From sequence record MK327940.1: DNA of 64,000 nt; one strand, given 5' to 3'. The stretch is from Escherichia phage vB_EcoM_G29. Positions 35,463-48,057 of this stretch are shown here, piece by piece. How positions within the stretch are numbered: the stretch's first letter is position 1; each line of letters begins with the position of its first letter. Made by a program: the position numbers and the translations under genes. The notes beneath the pieces were generated by a model. That model made no database searches and had not been told where the DNA came from. It worked only from the letters and a program-made list of their open reading frames with translations.

Positions 35463-35954
35463 ATGTTTGTAGATGATGTAACACGAGCGTTTGAATCTGG
35501 TGATTTTGCTCGACCTAACTTATTCCAAGTAGAAATTTCTTATCTTGGACAAAATTTTACATTCCAATGTAAAGCCACTGCTTTACCAGCTGGTATTGTA
35601 GAAAAAATTCCAGTCGGATTTATGAACCGTAAAATTAACGTAGCAGGCGATCGTACATTCGATGACTGGACTGTTACAGTAATGAACGATGAAGCTCATG
35701 ATGCTCGCCAGAAGTTTGTTGATTGGCAAAGCATTGCTGCTGGTCAAGGAAACGAAATTACTGGTGGAAAACCTGCAGAGTATAAAAAGAGCGCTATTGT
35801 TCGTCAATATGCTCGTGATGCTAAAACAGTAACAAAAGAAATTGAAATTAAAGGTCTGTGGCCTACTAACGTGGGTGAACTTCAATTAGATTGGGATTCA
35901 AACAATGAAATCCAAACCTTTGAAGTAACTCTTGCTCTCGATTATTGGGAATAA
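35463..35954 (+). CDS. 19: tail tube protein gp19
   Basis: 163 aa; synteny. Confidence 0.95.
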   Translation: MFVDDVTRAFESGDFARPNLFQVEISYLGQNFTFQCKATALPAGIVEKIPVGFMNRKINVAGDRTFDDWTVTVMNDEAHDARQKFVDWQSIAAGQGNEITGGKPAEYKKSAIVRQYARDAKTVTKEIEIKGLWPTNVGELQLDWDSNNEIQTFEVTLALDYWE

Positions 35955-35986
35955 AATGAATGGGGAGAAATCCCCATCCTGCTTAA

Positions 35987-37611
<1,625 letters not shown>

Positions 37612-37612
<1 letters not shown>

Positions 37613-37851
37613 TGGAAGGTTTAATTGAAGCTATTAAATCAAACGACCTCGTAGCCGCTCGTAAATTATTTGCTGAAGCCATGGCTGCAAGAACGACTGA
37701 TTTAATTAAAGAAGAAAAAATCGCTATCGCTCGTAATTTCTTAATCGAAGGTGAAGAACCTGATGACGAGGATGATGACGAAGACGAAGATAGTGATGAT
37801 AAAGACGACAAAAAAGACAAAGACTCTGACGAAGACGAGGATGATGAATAA
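37612..37851 (+). CDS. 67: prohead core protein gp67
   Basis: 79 aa with poly-acidic C-terminus. Confidence 0.9.
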
Positions 37852-38276
37852 TGCTTCTGATCCCTGAAACTCATGAATTAGTTCTCGAGAATGTCGAAGC
37901 ACTTATTCCTGAAGCACAGGGTCGCTTTGACGAATTGTCTTCTGCTTTAAATAAAGACGATATAAATACAATTGTCGAGAATATGCTTGATGATGAAACT
38001 GATTTAGCGGTTGCATTAGCTTCTATTAATGAAAATATGCCGTTAAATGAATTTATCGTTAAACATGTTTCTGCCCGTGGTGAAATTACTCGCACTAAAG
38101 ATCGCAAAACCCGCGAACGTAATGCATTTCAAACTACCGGGTTGTCTAAAGCAAAACGTAGACAAATTGCTCGTAAAGCTACCAAAACGAAGATTGCCAA
38201 TCCAGCAGGTCAATCTCGTGCTCAGCGTAAGCGTAAAAAAGCTCTTAAACGCCGTAAAGCATTAGGATTAAGCTAA
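37851..38276 (+). CDS. 68: prohead core protein gp68
   Basis: 141 aa; synteny. Confidence 0.88.
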
Positions 38277-38914
38277 TGAATGAACCCCAATTACTAATTG
38301 AAACTTGGGGTCAACCTGGCGAAATTATTGATGGCGTACCAATGCTTGAATCTCATGATGGAAAAGACTTAGGTTTAAAACCGGGTTTATACATCGAAGG
38401 AATATTCATGCAAGCGGAAGTCGTCAATAGAAATAAACGTCTTTATCCAAAACGTATATTAGAAAAAGCGGTAAAAGACTATATTAATGAGCAAGTTTTA
38501 ACTAAACAAGCTCTCGGAGAATTAAATCATCCTCCACGCGCTAATGTTGACCCGATGCAAGCCGCTATCATTATAGAAGATATGTGGTGGAAAGGAAATG
38601 ACGTATACGGACGAGCTCGTGTTATTGAAGGTGACCACGGTCCTGGAGATAAATTAGCAGCTAATATTCGTGCCGGATGGATTCCAGGAGTTTCTTCTCG
38701 TGGATTAGGTTCATTGACTGACACAAATAAAGGTTATCGTATCGTAAACGAAGGATTCAAATTAACTGTAGGTGTTGATGCAGTATGGGGTCCAAGTGCT
38801 CCAGATGCATGGGTAACTCCTAAGGAAATTACCGAATCACAGACGGCGGAAGCCGATACAAGTGCCGATGACGCCTATATGGCTCTCGCAGAGGCCATGA
38901 AAAAAGCGTTATAA
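38276..38914 (+). CDS. 21: prohead core protease gp21
   Basis: 212 aa; synteny. Confidence 0.93.
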   Translation: MNEPQLLIETWGQPGEIIDGVPMLESHDGKDLGLKPGLYIEGIFMQAEVVNRNKRLYPKRILEKAVKDYINEQVLTKQALGELNHPPRANVDPMQAAIIIEDMWWKGNDVYGRARVIEGDHGPGDKLAANIRAGWIPGVSSRGLGSLTDTNKGYRIVNEGFKLTVGVDAVWGPSAPDAWVTPKEITESQTAEADTSADDAYMALAEAMKKAL

Positions 38915-38917
38915 ATA
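38910..38917 (+). promoter_or_regulatory. T4 late promoter (TATAAATA) for gene 22
   Basis: Exact TATAAATA overlapping the end of gene 21. Confidence 0.75.
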
Positions 38918-38944
38918 TTATTATCTAAACAACAGGACTACAAA

Positions 38945-39754
38945 ATGCTTAAAGAACAACTGATTGCCGAAGCGCAGAAAATTGATGCTTCCGTTGCTCT
39001 TGATAGTATTTTCGAATCAGTTAATATTTCTCCGGAAGCAAAAGAAACTTTCGGCACTGTATTCGAAGCTACCGTCAAGCAGCACGCCGTTAAATTAGCT
39101 GAATCTCATATCGCTAAAATTGCTGAAAAAGCAGAAGAAGAAGTAGAAAAAAATAAAGAAGAAGCAGAAGAAAAAGCTGAGAAGAAAATCGCTGAGCAAG
39201 CTTCTAAATTCCTTGACCATCTTGCAAAAGAATGGCTCACTGAAAATAAATTAGCAGTAGATAAAGGTATCAAAGCCGAACTGTTTGAATCCATGCTTGG
39301 TGGATTGAAAGAGCTCTTCGTTGAACACAACGTTGTTGTTCCAGAAGAATCAGTTGATGTTGTAGCTGAAATGGAAGAAGAACTGCAAGAACATAAAGAA
39401 GAATCAGCTCGTCTGTTCGAAGAACTCAATAAGCGTGACGCATATATCAATTATGTGCAGCGTGAAGTGGCATTGAGCGAAAGTACTAAAGATCTGACTG
39501 AGTCTCAAAAAGAAAAAGTCTCTGCTCTGGTCGAAGGTATGGATTATTCAGATGCATTCTCAAGTAAATTGAGTGCAATCGTAGAAATGGTGAAGAAATC
39601 TAATAAAGATGAAAGCACTATTACTGAGAGTATAAATACTCCTGATACTGAAGCAGCCGGACTGAATTTCGTCACTGAAGCTGTAGAAGATAAATCTGCA
39701 CAAGGTGCAGAAGATATTGTAAGTGTATATGCGAAAGTCGCATCTCGTTTCTAA
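38945..39754 (+). CDS. 22: prohead core scaffold protein gp22
   Basis: 269 aa, highly charged. Confidence 0.93.
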   Translation: MLKEQLIAEAQKIDASVALDSIFESVNISPEAKETFGTVFEATVKQHAVKLAESHIAKIAEKAEEEVEKNKEEAEEKAEKKIAEQASKFLDHLAKEWLTENKLAVDKGIKAELFESMLGGLKELFVEHNVVVPEESVDVVAEMEEELQEHKEESARLFEELNKRDAYINYVQREVALSESTKDLTESQKEKVSALVEGMDYSDAFSSKLSAIVEMVKKSNKDESTITESINTPDTEAAGLNFVTEAVEDKSAQGAEDIVSVYAKVASRF

Positions 39755-39772
39755 TTTTAAAGGTTAACACAA

Positions 39773-41338
39773 ATGACTATCAAAACTAAAGCTGAACTTT
39801 TGAACAAATGGAAGCCATTACTGGAAGGTGAAGGTTTACCGGAAATTGCTAATAGCAAACAAGCGATTATCGCTAAAATCTTTGAAAACCAGGAAAAAGA
39901 TTTCCAGACAGCTCCGGAATATAAAGACGAAAAAATTGCTCAGGCATTCGGTTCTTTCTTAACAGAAGCTGAAATCGGTGGTGACCACGGTTACAATGCT
40001 ACCAACATCGCCGCAGGTCAGACTTCTGGCGCAGTAACTCAGATTGGCCCAGCTGTTATGGGTATGGTACGTCGTGCTATTCCTAACCTGATTGCTTTCG
40101 ATATTTGTGGTGTTCAGCCAATGAACAGCCCGACTGGCCAGGTATTCGCGCTGCGCGCAGTATATGGTAAAGATCCAATCGCTTCCGGCGCTAAAGAAGC
40201 ATTCCACCCAATGTATGGTCCAGATGCAATGTTCTCTGGTCAGGGTGCTGCTAAGAAATTCGCTGCTTTGAAAGCAAGTGATACTCTTGAAGTCGGAACT
40301 ATTTACACTCACTTCTTCCAGGAAACTGGTACAGTATATCTGCAAGCTACAGCAGCTAAACAAATTGATTCAGGCGCATCTGACGCAGACAAATTAGATG
40401 CTGAAATTAAGAAACAAATGGAAGCTGGTGTACTGGTAGAAATCGCTGAAGGTATGGCTACTTCTATCGCTGAACTTCAGGAAGGTTTCAACGGTTCTAC
40501 CGATAACCCATGGAATGAAATGGGCTTCCGTATCGATAAACAAGTTATCGAAGCTAAATCTCGTCAGCTGAAAGCTGCTTACTCTATTGAATTAGCACAA
40601 GACCTTCGCGCTGTTCACGGTATGGATGCTGATGCTGAACTGTCTGGTATTCTGGCTACCGAAATTATGCTGGAAATCAACCGCGAAGTTGTTGATTGGA
40701 TTAACTACTCCGCTCAGGTTGGTAAATCTGGTATGACCCTGACTCCGGGTTCTAAAGCTGGTGTATTTGACTTCCAGGACCCAATCGATATTCGTGGTGC
40801 TCGCTGGGCAGGTGAATCCTTTAAAGCTCTGTTGTTCCAGATTGACAAAGAAGCAGTTGAAATTGCTCGTCAGACTGGTCGCGGCGAAGGTAACTTCATT
40901 ATCGCTTCCCGTAACGTAGTTAACGTTCTGGCTTCAGTTGATACCGGCATTTCTTATGCTGCACAAGGTCTGGCTACTGGCTTTAACACTGATACTACCA
41001 AGTCAGTATTTGCTGGTGTTCTGGGTGGTAAATACCGTGTATATATCGACCAGTATGCTAAACAGGATTATTTCACCGTAGGTTATAAAGGTCCGAACGA
41101 AATGGATGCTGGTATTTACTATGCTCCATATGTAGCTCTGACTCCGCTGCGTGGTTCTGATCCGAAGAACTTCCAACCGGTAATGGGATTCAAAACTCGT
41201 TACGGTATCGGTATCAACCCATTTGCAGAATCCGCTGCTCAGGCTCCGGCTTCTCGCATCCAGAGCGGTATGCCTTCTATTCTGAATAGCCTTGGTAAAA
41301 ACGCTTACTTCCGCCGTGTATATGTTAAAGGTATCTAA
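39773..41338 (+). CDS. 23: major capsid protein gp23
   Basis: 521 aa MTIKTKAELLNKWKPLLEGEG... matches my memory of T4 gp23. Confidence 0.97.
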   Translation: MTIKTKAELLNKWKPLLEGEGLPEIANSKQAIIAKIFENQEKDFQTAPEYKDEKIAQAFGSFLTEAEIGGDHGYNATNIAAGQTSGAVTQIGPAVMGMVRRAIPNLIAFDICGVQPMNSPTGQVFALRAVYGKDPIASGAKEAFHPMYGPDAMFSGQGAAKKFAALKASDTLEVGTIYTHFFQETGTVYLQATAAKQIDSGASDADKLDAEIKKQMEAGVLVEIAEGMATSIAELQEGFNGSTDNPWNEMGFRIDKQVIEAKSRQLKAAYSIELAQDLRAVHGMDADAELSGILATEIMLEINREVVDWINYSAQVGKSGMTLTPGSKAGVFDFQDPIDIRGARWAGESFKALLFQIDKEAVEIARQTGRGEGNFIIASRNVVNVLASVDTGISYAAQGLATGFNTDTTKSVFAGVLGGKYRVYIDQYAKQDYFTVGYKGPNEMDAGIYYAPYVALTPLRGSDPKNFQPVMGFKTRYGIGINPFAESAAQAPASRIQSGMPSILNSLGKNAYFRRVYVKGI

Positions 41339-41352
41339 TCTTTGACGATTTA

Positions 41353-41382
41353 AGGGACCTTCGGGTCCCTTTAGTTGTTTTT
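41353..41382 (+). terminator. Rho-independent terminator after gene 23
   Basis: agggacc-ttcg-ggtccct hairpin followed by a T-rich run; late promoter TATAAATA for gene 24 at 41387-41394. Confidence 0.75.
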
Positions 41383-41421
41383 ATGGTATAAATAAATCAT
41401 ATAAACTGAAAGGAAAGCGCA

Positions 41422-42705
41422 ATGGCTAAAATCAACGAACTTCTGCGCGAATCAACCACAACGAATAGCAACTCAATCGGTCGCCCAAATCTCGTTGCTT
41501 TGACTCGCGCTACCACTAAATTAATATATTCTGACATTGTAGCAACGCAAAGAACTAATCAACCTGTTGCTGCTTTTTATGGTATCAAATACCTTAACCC
41601 GGATAACGAATTTACATTTAAAACTGGTGCTACTTACGCCGGCGAAGCTGGATATGTAGACCGAGAACAAATCACAGAATTAACAGAAGAGTCTAAATTA
41701 ACTCTCAATAAGGGCGATTTATTCAAATATAATAATATCGTTTATAAAGTATTAGAAGATACACCATTTGCTGATATTGAAGAAAGCGATTTAGAATTAG
41801 CTCTTCAGATTGCAATTGTTCTTTTAAAGGTTCGTCTATTTTCTGACGCAGCGTCAACAAGCAAATTTGAAAGCTCTGATAGTGAAATTGCGGATGCTAG
41901 ATTCCAGATTAATAAATGGCAAACCGCAGTTAAATCTCGTAAACTTAAAACTGGTATCACAGTTGAATTAGCACAAGATTTAGAAGCAAATGGATTCGAT
42001 GCTCCTAATTTCTTGGAAGATTTGCTTGCAACCGAAATGGCAGATGAAATCAATAAAGATATTCTGCAGTCTTTGATTACAGTGTCAAAACGCTATAAAG
42101 TTACAGGAATTACTGATACTGGATTCATCGATTTGAGTTATGCATCTGCACCTGAAGCTGGTCGTTCATTATACCGAATGGTATGTGAAATGGTTTCACA
42201 TATCCAGAAAGAATCAACTTATACAGCAACGTTCTGTGTTGCTTCAGCTCGTGCCGCTGCGATTCTTGCTGCATCAGGTTGGTTAAAACATAAACCAGAA
42301 GATGACAAATATCTTTCACAAAATGCCTACGGGTTCTTAGCTAATGGTTTACCGCTTTATTGCGATACCAACAGCCCATTAGATTATGTAATCGTTGGCG
42401 TAGTAGAAAATATCGGTGAAAAAGAAATTGTTGGATCAATTTTCTATGCTCCGTATACAGAAGGTCTTGACTTAGATGACCCTGAACATGTAGGTGCATT
42501 TAAAGTTGTAGTTGATCCAGAAAGTTTGCAGCCATCTATCGGTTTATTAGTTAGATATGCTTTATCTGCAAATCCTTACACTGTAGCAAAAGATGAAAAA
42601 GAAGCAAGAGTAATTGATGGTGGAGACATGGATAAAATGGCGGGTCGTTCAGATTTGTCTGTTTTATTAGGTGTTAAGCTACCAAAAATTATCATTGATG
42701 AATAA
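41422..42705 (+). CDS. 24: capsid vertex protein gp24
   Basis: 427 aa gp23 paralogue; synteny. Confidence 0.95.
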   Translation: MAKINELLRESTTTNSNSIGRPNLVALTRATTKLIYSDIVATQRTNQPVAAFYGIKYLNPDNEFTFKTGATYAGEAGYVDREQITELTEESKLTLNKGDLFKYNNIVYKVLEDTPFADIEESDLELALQIAIVLLKVRLFSDAASTSKFESSDSEIADARFQINKWQTAVKSRKLKTGITVELAQDLEANGFDAPNFLEDLLATEMADEINKDILQSLITVSKRYKVTGITDTGFIDLSYASAPEAGRSLYRMVCEMVSHIQKESTYTATFCVASARAAAILAASGWLKHKPEDDKYLSQNAYGFLANGLPLYCDTNSPLDYVIVGVVENIGEKEIVGSIFYAPYTEGLDLDDPEHVGAFKVVVDPESLQPSIGLLVRYALSANPYTVAKDEKEARVIDGGDMDKMAGRSDLSVLLGVKLPKIIIDE

Positions 42706-42708
42706 AAC

Positions 42709-42730
42709 AAAGGGACCTTTCGGTCCCTTT
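42709..42730. terminator. bidirectional terminator between convergent genes 24 and rnlB
   Basis: Perfect palindrome aaagggacctttcggtcccttt flanked by A/T runs on both sides. Confidence 0.75.
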
Positions 42731-42734
42731 TTAT

Positions 42735-43739
42735 TTAACTTACCAATTCAATCCAAGCCGGACGAAGTACATCTTGTACCATTTTAACTAATTCCTTCTT
42801 AATCAAAGAAGGATTATCCGCTTGAGTTAGAGTAATACCTTCACGAGAAGTTTCTTCCAAAATATCTTGAACCGTTAGTCCCATCACCTTTCCAAAATCT
42901 TTTGGACCAATTTCACCAATTTTAGAAATAACGTTATTTACTCGGTTCAGTGTAACATAACAAGCTAAAATTCCCAGCAATTTATTATCAGCTTCTGACA
43001 ACTCAACTTTAGCTTTAATAGGCTTATCAGACTTTTTCTTTTCACTAAATTTAGAGTTCTTGCATTTGATGGCTACACGATTGCGATTAGGCAGCCAAGA
43101 AGGATAACAAGGTTTCAATACATATCCTTCAGCGGTAAATACTTCGCCTTTTGCTTCAGCATTCCAAACGCATTTATTTGCATCAACTAATCCAGCATGG
43201 TCTACCGTAAAATTATAATCCTGTACGACAGAATCTAAATCATTTGGCAATTTAATAAGTTCTTCAAATTTACCACGACCTAAAAGTGGAGCCATTTTAA
43301 ATTTAAATGTATTACAGAATGATTCCATCATATAATCATCGACATAAATTACATCACCACTTTCTGTAGTAACAATAATGTCAAATACATAAAAATCTTT
43401 ATCACCATAATCGACATTCTTCTGAATGCCAGGTCCGGCGAATTCACCAAAGACTTGATAAGATACAACCGCTGAAGTTTCCATAATATCTTGTACTGCT
43501 TTAATGGAATCAGCGTAATTCTTCAAAATAATTTCATACCCAAAGAAATCTTCAGCAGGAAGAATAGGACCAGTTCGTTTAGCACAAGTTACTTTATCAC
43601 GCTCAATAATCAATGAGAAATTTGTGCCGTGAATCTTTTCACGAGCTACCCATTCGCCGCCAGTCAATCCTAAACTGTAAAGTTTTTCAATAAATTTAGA
43701 GTTGTAATGATTTTCAAGACTGCTATACTTTTTAAACAT
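42735..43739 (-). CDS. rnlB: RNA ligase 2
   Basis: 334 aa; nucleotidyltransferase lysine motif context KIHGTN; T4 length and position. Confidence 0.9.
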   Translation of the reverse strand: MFKKYSSLENHYNSKFIEKLYSLGLTGGEWVAREKIHGTNFSLIIERDKVTCAKRTGPILPAEDFFGYEIILKNYADSIKAVQDIMETSAVVSYQVFGEFAGPGIQKNVDYGDKDFYVFDIIVTTESGDVIYVDDYMMESFCNTFKFKMAPLLGRGKFEELIKLPNDLDSVVQDYNFTVDHAGLVDANKCVWNAEAKGEVFTAEGYVLKPCYPSWLPNRNRVAIKCKNSKFSEKKKSDKPIKAKVELSEADNKLLGILACYVTLNRVNNVISKIGEIGPKDFGKVMGLTVQDILEETSREGITLTQADNPSLIKKELVKMVQDVLRPAWIELVS

Positions 43740-43748
43740 AATTAATCC

Positions 43749-44027
43749 TCAAAATGTAATTTCTAACCAATCACCATCACGCTGATCACTATTGACTTTA
43801 AAGCTAAATCCTTCTTTTCTCAGCCAATCACCAATTTCTTCAGTAATCAATTTATCGCGAGCAGTACAATAATAACTAAAATATGTTTTACCTTGTTCAG
43901 CTGCTTTATTAGCAAGTTCCGAAAAATCTTTAATAAAACACTCTAGCTTAAACTGTTTACTTTTAAGTGCTTTTTCACGTAATTGATTAGCAAAAGATTC
44001 ATTTTCATAAAGATCATACTGTTCCAT
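43749..44027 (-). CDS. 24.2: hypothetical protein (24.2-like by position)
   Basis: 92 aa track ORF; symbol assigned by synteny only. Confidence 0.6.
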   Translation of the reverse strand: MEQYDLYENESFANQLREKALKSKQFKLECFIKDFSELANKAAEQGKTYFSYYCTARDKLITEEIGDWLRKEGFSFKVNSDQRDGDWLEITF

Positions 44028-44229
44028 TTTTCACCTTTTTATTAATATGCCTTTTTCTATAGACAACTTTTTCTCGAGTTTCAAATTTATTCTTAGCAGT
44101 CATAGCTCGAGCCCATAATACAGCCACTTCTTTCGCCTGTAAGTTTAATTCACGAGCAATTTCAATGAATGACTTTCCAGACTCATGAAGAGTAAACACC
44201 ACAACCTCAGTTCTCATAATCAATCTCAT
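44014..44229 (-). CDS. 24.3: small helix-turn-helix-like protein (24.3-like by position)
   Basis: 71 aa track ORF; symbol by synteny only. Confidence 0.6.
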   Translation of the reverse strand: MRLIMRTEVVVFTLHESGKSFIEIARELNLQAKEVAVLWARAMTAKNKFETREKVVYRKRHINKKVKNGTV

Positions 44230-44318
44230 GTTATCGAGTTGATGCCATTATATACATCATTTTCTGAGTATGTTTTGTGTGCTTTCAAAATGAAGAAAGG
44301 GGCCGAAGCCCCTTATGA

Positions 44319-45792
44319 TTATGGATAGGTATAGATGATACCAGTTTCTAAAGCAGTTTTATGAATGATGTATCCATTGCGTGATTCTTGAACATCAACT
44401 TCTGGATAGTCTTTCATCATCTTCTGAAGAGTGTAACGATGCAGGTAGTATTTACTATCTGGATCTTCAGTTTTCCAATCTTTACCTTCTTCGGTCATTT
44501 TTTGGATTTCATCCATAACCCACCAACCGCACCAGATATAAGCTGAAGTGCGATGTGGAAGAGGATGAACATAAGGCAATTCACCTTCTGGTTCCGGAGC
44601 AACTTTATCAGTTACCTGAACTTGGCCTGTTGCTTTAACTGTTTTACTATCATAGTCGGTTGCTGTAACGGTTGCAGTAACTTCAATAGTTTGACTTCCA
44701 ATAGATGATGTATCAACCGTGTATACATTAGTTGATTCTTCTACAGGAGAAGAATCTTTCTTCCATGAATATTCGATTTGTGCTTCTTCTGGAGCATCCG
44801 TAACATTAGCAGTAAATGTAGCCGAAGCATCTTGCTGAACGTTAATAGAAGGAGGAGTCAATGTAACCTGTGGATTCATTGTCTTCTTATTAACTGTTAA
44901 TGATACTTCATTAGAAGTAACTTCCTTTTCATTGTAATTTTCAGCCGTTACTTGGGCTACGCATTTAATTCTTTTTACTCCACTTGTAGTTGGAGTATAG
45001 TTAAATGTAGAGTTAGTTTCTCCACCAATTTGAGAATCATCTACATACCATTTATATGTAGCAGACGCTCCATCAGGTTGAGAAACCAAGGCAGCAGTAA
45101 ATTGAACTGGGGTTCCAATTACTCCAGCTGGAGGACTATCAGGAGTTACTGCCAAGGTAGTTGTCTGCGTCTTTTTATTAACAGTCAGTGACACTTCATT
45201 GGAAGTAACTTCCTTTGTATCATAATCTGTCGCGGTTACTTGAGCTACGCACTTAATTGTTTTAACTCCGCTTGCGTCAGGAGTGTAATTGAATGTAGTG
45301 CTAGTTGCTTCGCCCACAGGAGAACCGTCAACGTACCATTGATACGTAGCGTTTGCACCTGATGGCTGTGAAGCTAAGGCAGCCAACGTACCATTGATAC
45401 GTAGCGTTTGCACCTGATGGCTGTGAAGCTAAGGCAGCGGTAAATTCAATTGGAGTTCCAATCACTCCAGCATCAGGGCTACCAGGAGTTACTGCCAAAG
45501 TAGTTGTTTGTGTCTTATTTTGAACTGTGATAGTTGTACTAATTTCAGCTGTTTCAGGTTCAGATTCTGCAACTTGATTGGTTGCAACTACTTTAATAGT
45601 CTTTTGACCGGCAGGTCCTTTTAGTACATAACTAAAAGTTGCTGACGTTTCTTCCTGTGGAGCGTCGTCTACAGTCCAAGCATATGTAATAGGTCCATCT
45701 CCAGTTTGACCACTGGGTGTAGCAGTAAACTGCTGAGTCTGATCTATAACTCCAGTAGGTGTTTTAGGAGTTATATCAACTGTAAAAGCCAT
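44319..45792 (-). pseudogene. hoc: hoc (highly immunogenic outer capsid protein), split by a frameshifting 55-bp tandem duplication
   Basis: Two overlapping ORFs (45328..45792 and 44319..45413) both encode ALASQPSGANATYQWYV; exact 55-bp direct repeat at 45329-45383 and 45384-45438. Confidence 0.85.
45329..45438. repeat. exact 2 x 55-bp tandem direct duplication inside hoc
   Basis: caacgtaccattgatacgtagcgtttgcacctgatggctgtgaagctaaggcagc present twice back to back. Confidence 0.95.
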
Positions 45793-45801
45793 AAGTTATC
45801 C

Positions 45802-46482
45802 TTATTTTAATGTTACGAAAGAAGAATTACGTGTTTCACGAATTAGAACTGATCCGTCACGATTAATGTAGTAAATTAAGCTAAATAAAGTTTGGTGTGC
45901 CGACGCATGTTCAAAACTAGTTGGGTGAGATTTCCAATCTGGGGTTTCAGCAATCCATTGATAAATCCACCAAGGAACAGTGCAGAATCCTGGATTTTTT
46001 CCAATCAGCTGAAGATTCGGACTAAAGTTTTCCGGAAGAGTAAATACAGACGGCTTTTCAGATTCAATAATCTCAGCTACAGCCTGTTCGAATTTTTCTT
46101 CAACAAAAGGAGTATCTTCAATTAAAACAGTGGTATTTTCAGGAATTTTATCCGTTTCTACTACTTCAATTTTAATGTCAGATTTAACCGGAGAATCAAT
46201 CAGAAGTGCTGCCTCTGGATTGACTTCTTCATCGTCATATTTTAATCCGTCTGCGGCATCAGCAGCATCAATTAAGTCTTTAATAGATAACCCATCAGTC
46301 TCTGGCATAGGTTCACTAGCGAGCTTCTGGAGAGCTTCTTCAATATCATTAACGATATTATCAAAAGATTTATTCTTTTTGACCTTTATACCAAACTGTT
46401 CAGCATATTCAGCTAATTTAGCTTTAGCTTCTTTATTATCATCAAGAGCCTTCAGCTCTGCAATATAATCTTTATCTATCAT
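45802..46482 (-). CDS. inh: prohead protease inhibitor Inh-like protein
   Basis: 226 aa; position next to hoc. Confidence 0.8.
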   Translation of the reverse strand: MIDKDYIAELKALDDNKEAKAKLAEYAEQFGIKVKKNKSFDNIVNDIEEALQKLASEPMPETDGLSIKDLIDAADAADGLKYDDEEVNPEAALLIDSPVKSDIKIEVVETDKIPENTTVLIEDTPFVEEKFEQAVAEIIESEKPSVFTLPENFSPNLQLIGKNPGFCTVPWWIYQWIAETPDWKSHPTSFEHASAHQTLFSLIYYINRDGSVLIRETRNSSFVTLK

Positions 46483-46495
46483 AATATTTCCTCAG

Positions 46496-46503
46496 TATAA
46501 ATA
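46496..46503 (+). promoter_or_regulatory. T4 late promoter (TATAAATA) for uvsW
   Basis: Exact TATAAATA about 30 nt upstream of the uvsW ATG. Confidence 0.75.
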
Positions 46504-46532
46504 TAGATATATTTATTACATGGTATTTAGAC

Positions 46533-48044
46533 ATGACTGACATTAAAGTACATTTTTATGATTTTAGTCACGTGAGAATTGATTGCGAAGAAAGTACATT
46601 TCATGAACTCCGTGATTTCTTTAGCTTTGAAGCTGATGGGTATCGTTTTAATCCGAAGTACAAATATGGCCACTGGGATGGACGAATTCGTCTTTTAGAT
46701 TATAATCGCCTTCTTCCATTCGGTTTAGTCGGGCAAATTAAAAAGTTCTGCGATAACTTTGGCTATAAAGCCTGGATTGACCCACAGATTAACGAAAAAG
46801 AAGAATTATCAAGAAAAGATTTTGATGAATGGCTTTCTAAATTAGAAATCTATTCAGGAAATAAAAGAATTGAACCACACTGGTATCAAAAAGATGCAGT
46901 GTTCGAAGGATTAGTTAATCGTCGTAGAATTCTTAATCTTCCAACATCCGCTGGTAAATCTTTAATTCAAGCTTTGCTTGCGCGATATTATTTGGAAAAT
47001 TATGAAGGTAAAATTCTTATCATTGTTCCAACAACTGCTTTAACAACTCAGATGGCTGATGACTTTGTTGATTATCGTTTATTCAGTCATGCAATGATAA
47101 AGAAAATCGGTGGTGGAGCATCAAAAGATGATAAATATAAAAATGATGCACCAGTCGTTGTTGGTACATGGCAAACTGTAGTAAAACAACCGAAAGAATG
47201 GTTCTCACAGTTTGGAATGATGATGAATGATGAATGCCATCTTGCTACAGGAAAAAGTATTTCATCTATCATATCAGGTTTAAATAACTGCATGTTCAAA
47301 TTTGGTCTATCTGGTTCATTACGTGATGGCAAAGCCAATATCATGCAGTATGTTGGAATGTTTGGTGAAATATTTAAGCCAGTAACGACTTCTAAGTTAA
47401 TGGAAGATGGACAAGTAACTGAGCTAAAAATTAATAGTATTTTTCTTCGCTATCCCGATGAGTTCACTACTAAATTAAAGGGAAAAACTTATCAAGAAGA
47501 AATAAAAATTATTACGGGGCTTAGTAAAAGAAATAAATGGATCGCTAAATTGGCTATTAAGCTTGCACAAAAAGATGAAAACGCTTTTGTCATGTTTAAA
47601 CATGTATCACATGGTAAAGCTATTTTCGATTTAATTAAAAATGAATACGATAAAGTTTATTACGTATCAGGGGAAGTTGATACCGAAACCCGCAATATAA
47701 TGAAAACCTTAGCTGAAAATGGTAAAGGAATAATTATAGTAGCTAGTTATGGTGTATTTTCTACTGGTATTTCAGTTAAAAATCTGCATCACGTTGTTTT
47801 AGCGCACGGTGTTAAATCAAAAATCATTGTATTACAAACAATCGGTCGTGTATTACGTAAGCATGGTTCTAAAACAATCGCAACAGTCTGGGACCTCATA
47901 GATGACTGTGGTGTCAAGCCAAAATCTGCTAATACTAAAAAGAAATATGTTCACTTGAACTATCTTTTAAAACACGGCATTGATCGTATTCAGCGCTACG
48001 CAGATGAAAAATTTAATTACGTAATGAAAACAGTTAATTTATAA
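46533..48044 (+). CDS. uvsW: UvsW RNA-DNA / DNA-DNA helicase
   Basis: 503 aa; Walker A-like PTSAGKS, DECH box. Confidence 0.93.
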   Translation: MTDIKVHFYDFSHVRIDCEESTFHELRDFFSFEADGYRFNPKYKYGHWDGRIRLLDYNRLLPFGLVGQIKKFCDNFGYKAWIDPQINEKEELSRKDFDEWLSKLEIYSGNKRIEPHWYQKDAVFEGLVNRRRILNLPTSAGKSLIQALLARYYLENYEGKILIIVPTTALTTQMADDFVDYRLFSHAMIKKIGGGASKDDKYKNDAPVVVGTWQTVVKQPKEWFSQFGMMMNDECHLATGKSISSIISGLNNCMFKFGLSGSLRDGKANIMQYVGMFGEIFKPVTTSKLMEDGQVTELKINSIFLRYPDEFTTKLKGKTYQEEIKIITGLSKRNKWIAKLAIKLAQKDENAFVMFKHVSHGKAIFDLIKNEYDKVYYVSGEVDTETRNIMKTLAENGKGIIIVASYGVFSTGISVKNLHHVVLAHGVKSKIIVLQTIGRVLRKHGSKTIATVWDLIDDCGVKPKSANTKKKYVHLNYLLKHGIDRIQRYADEKFNYVMKTVNL

Positions 48045-48057
48045 GGGCTTCGGCCCT

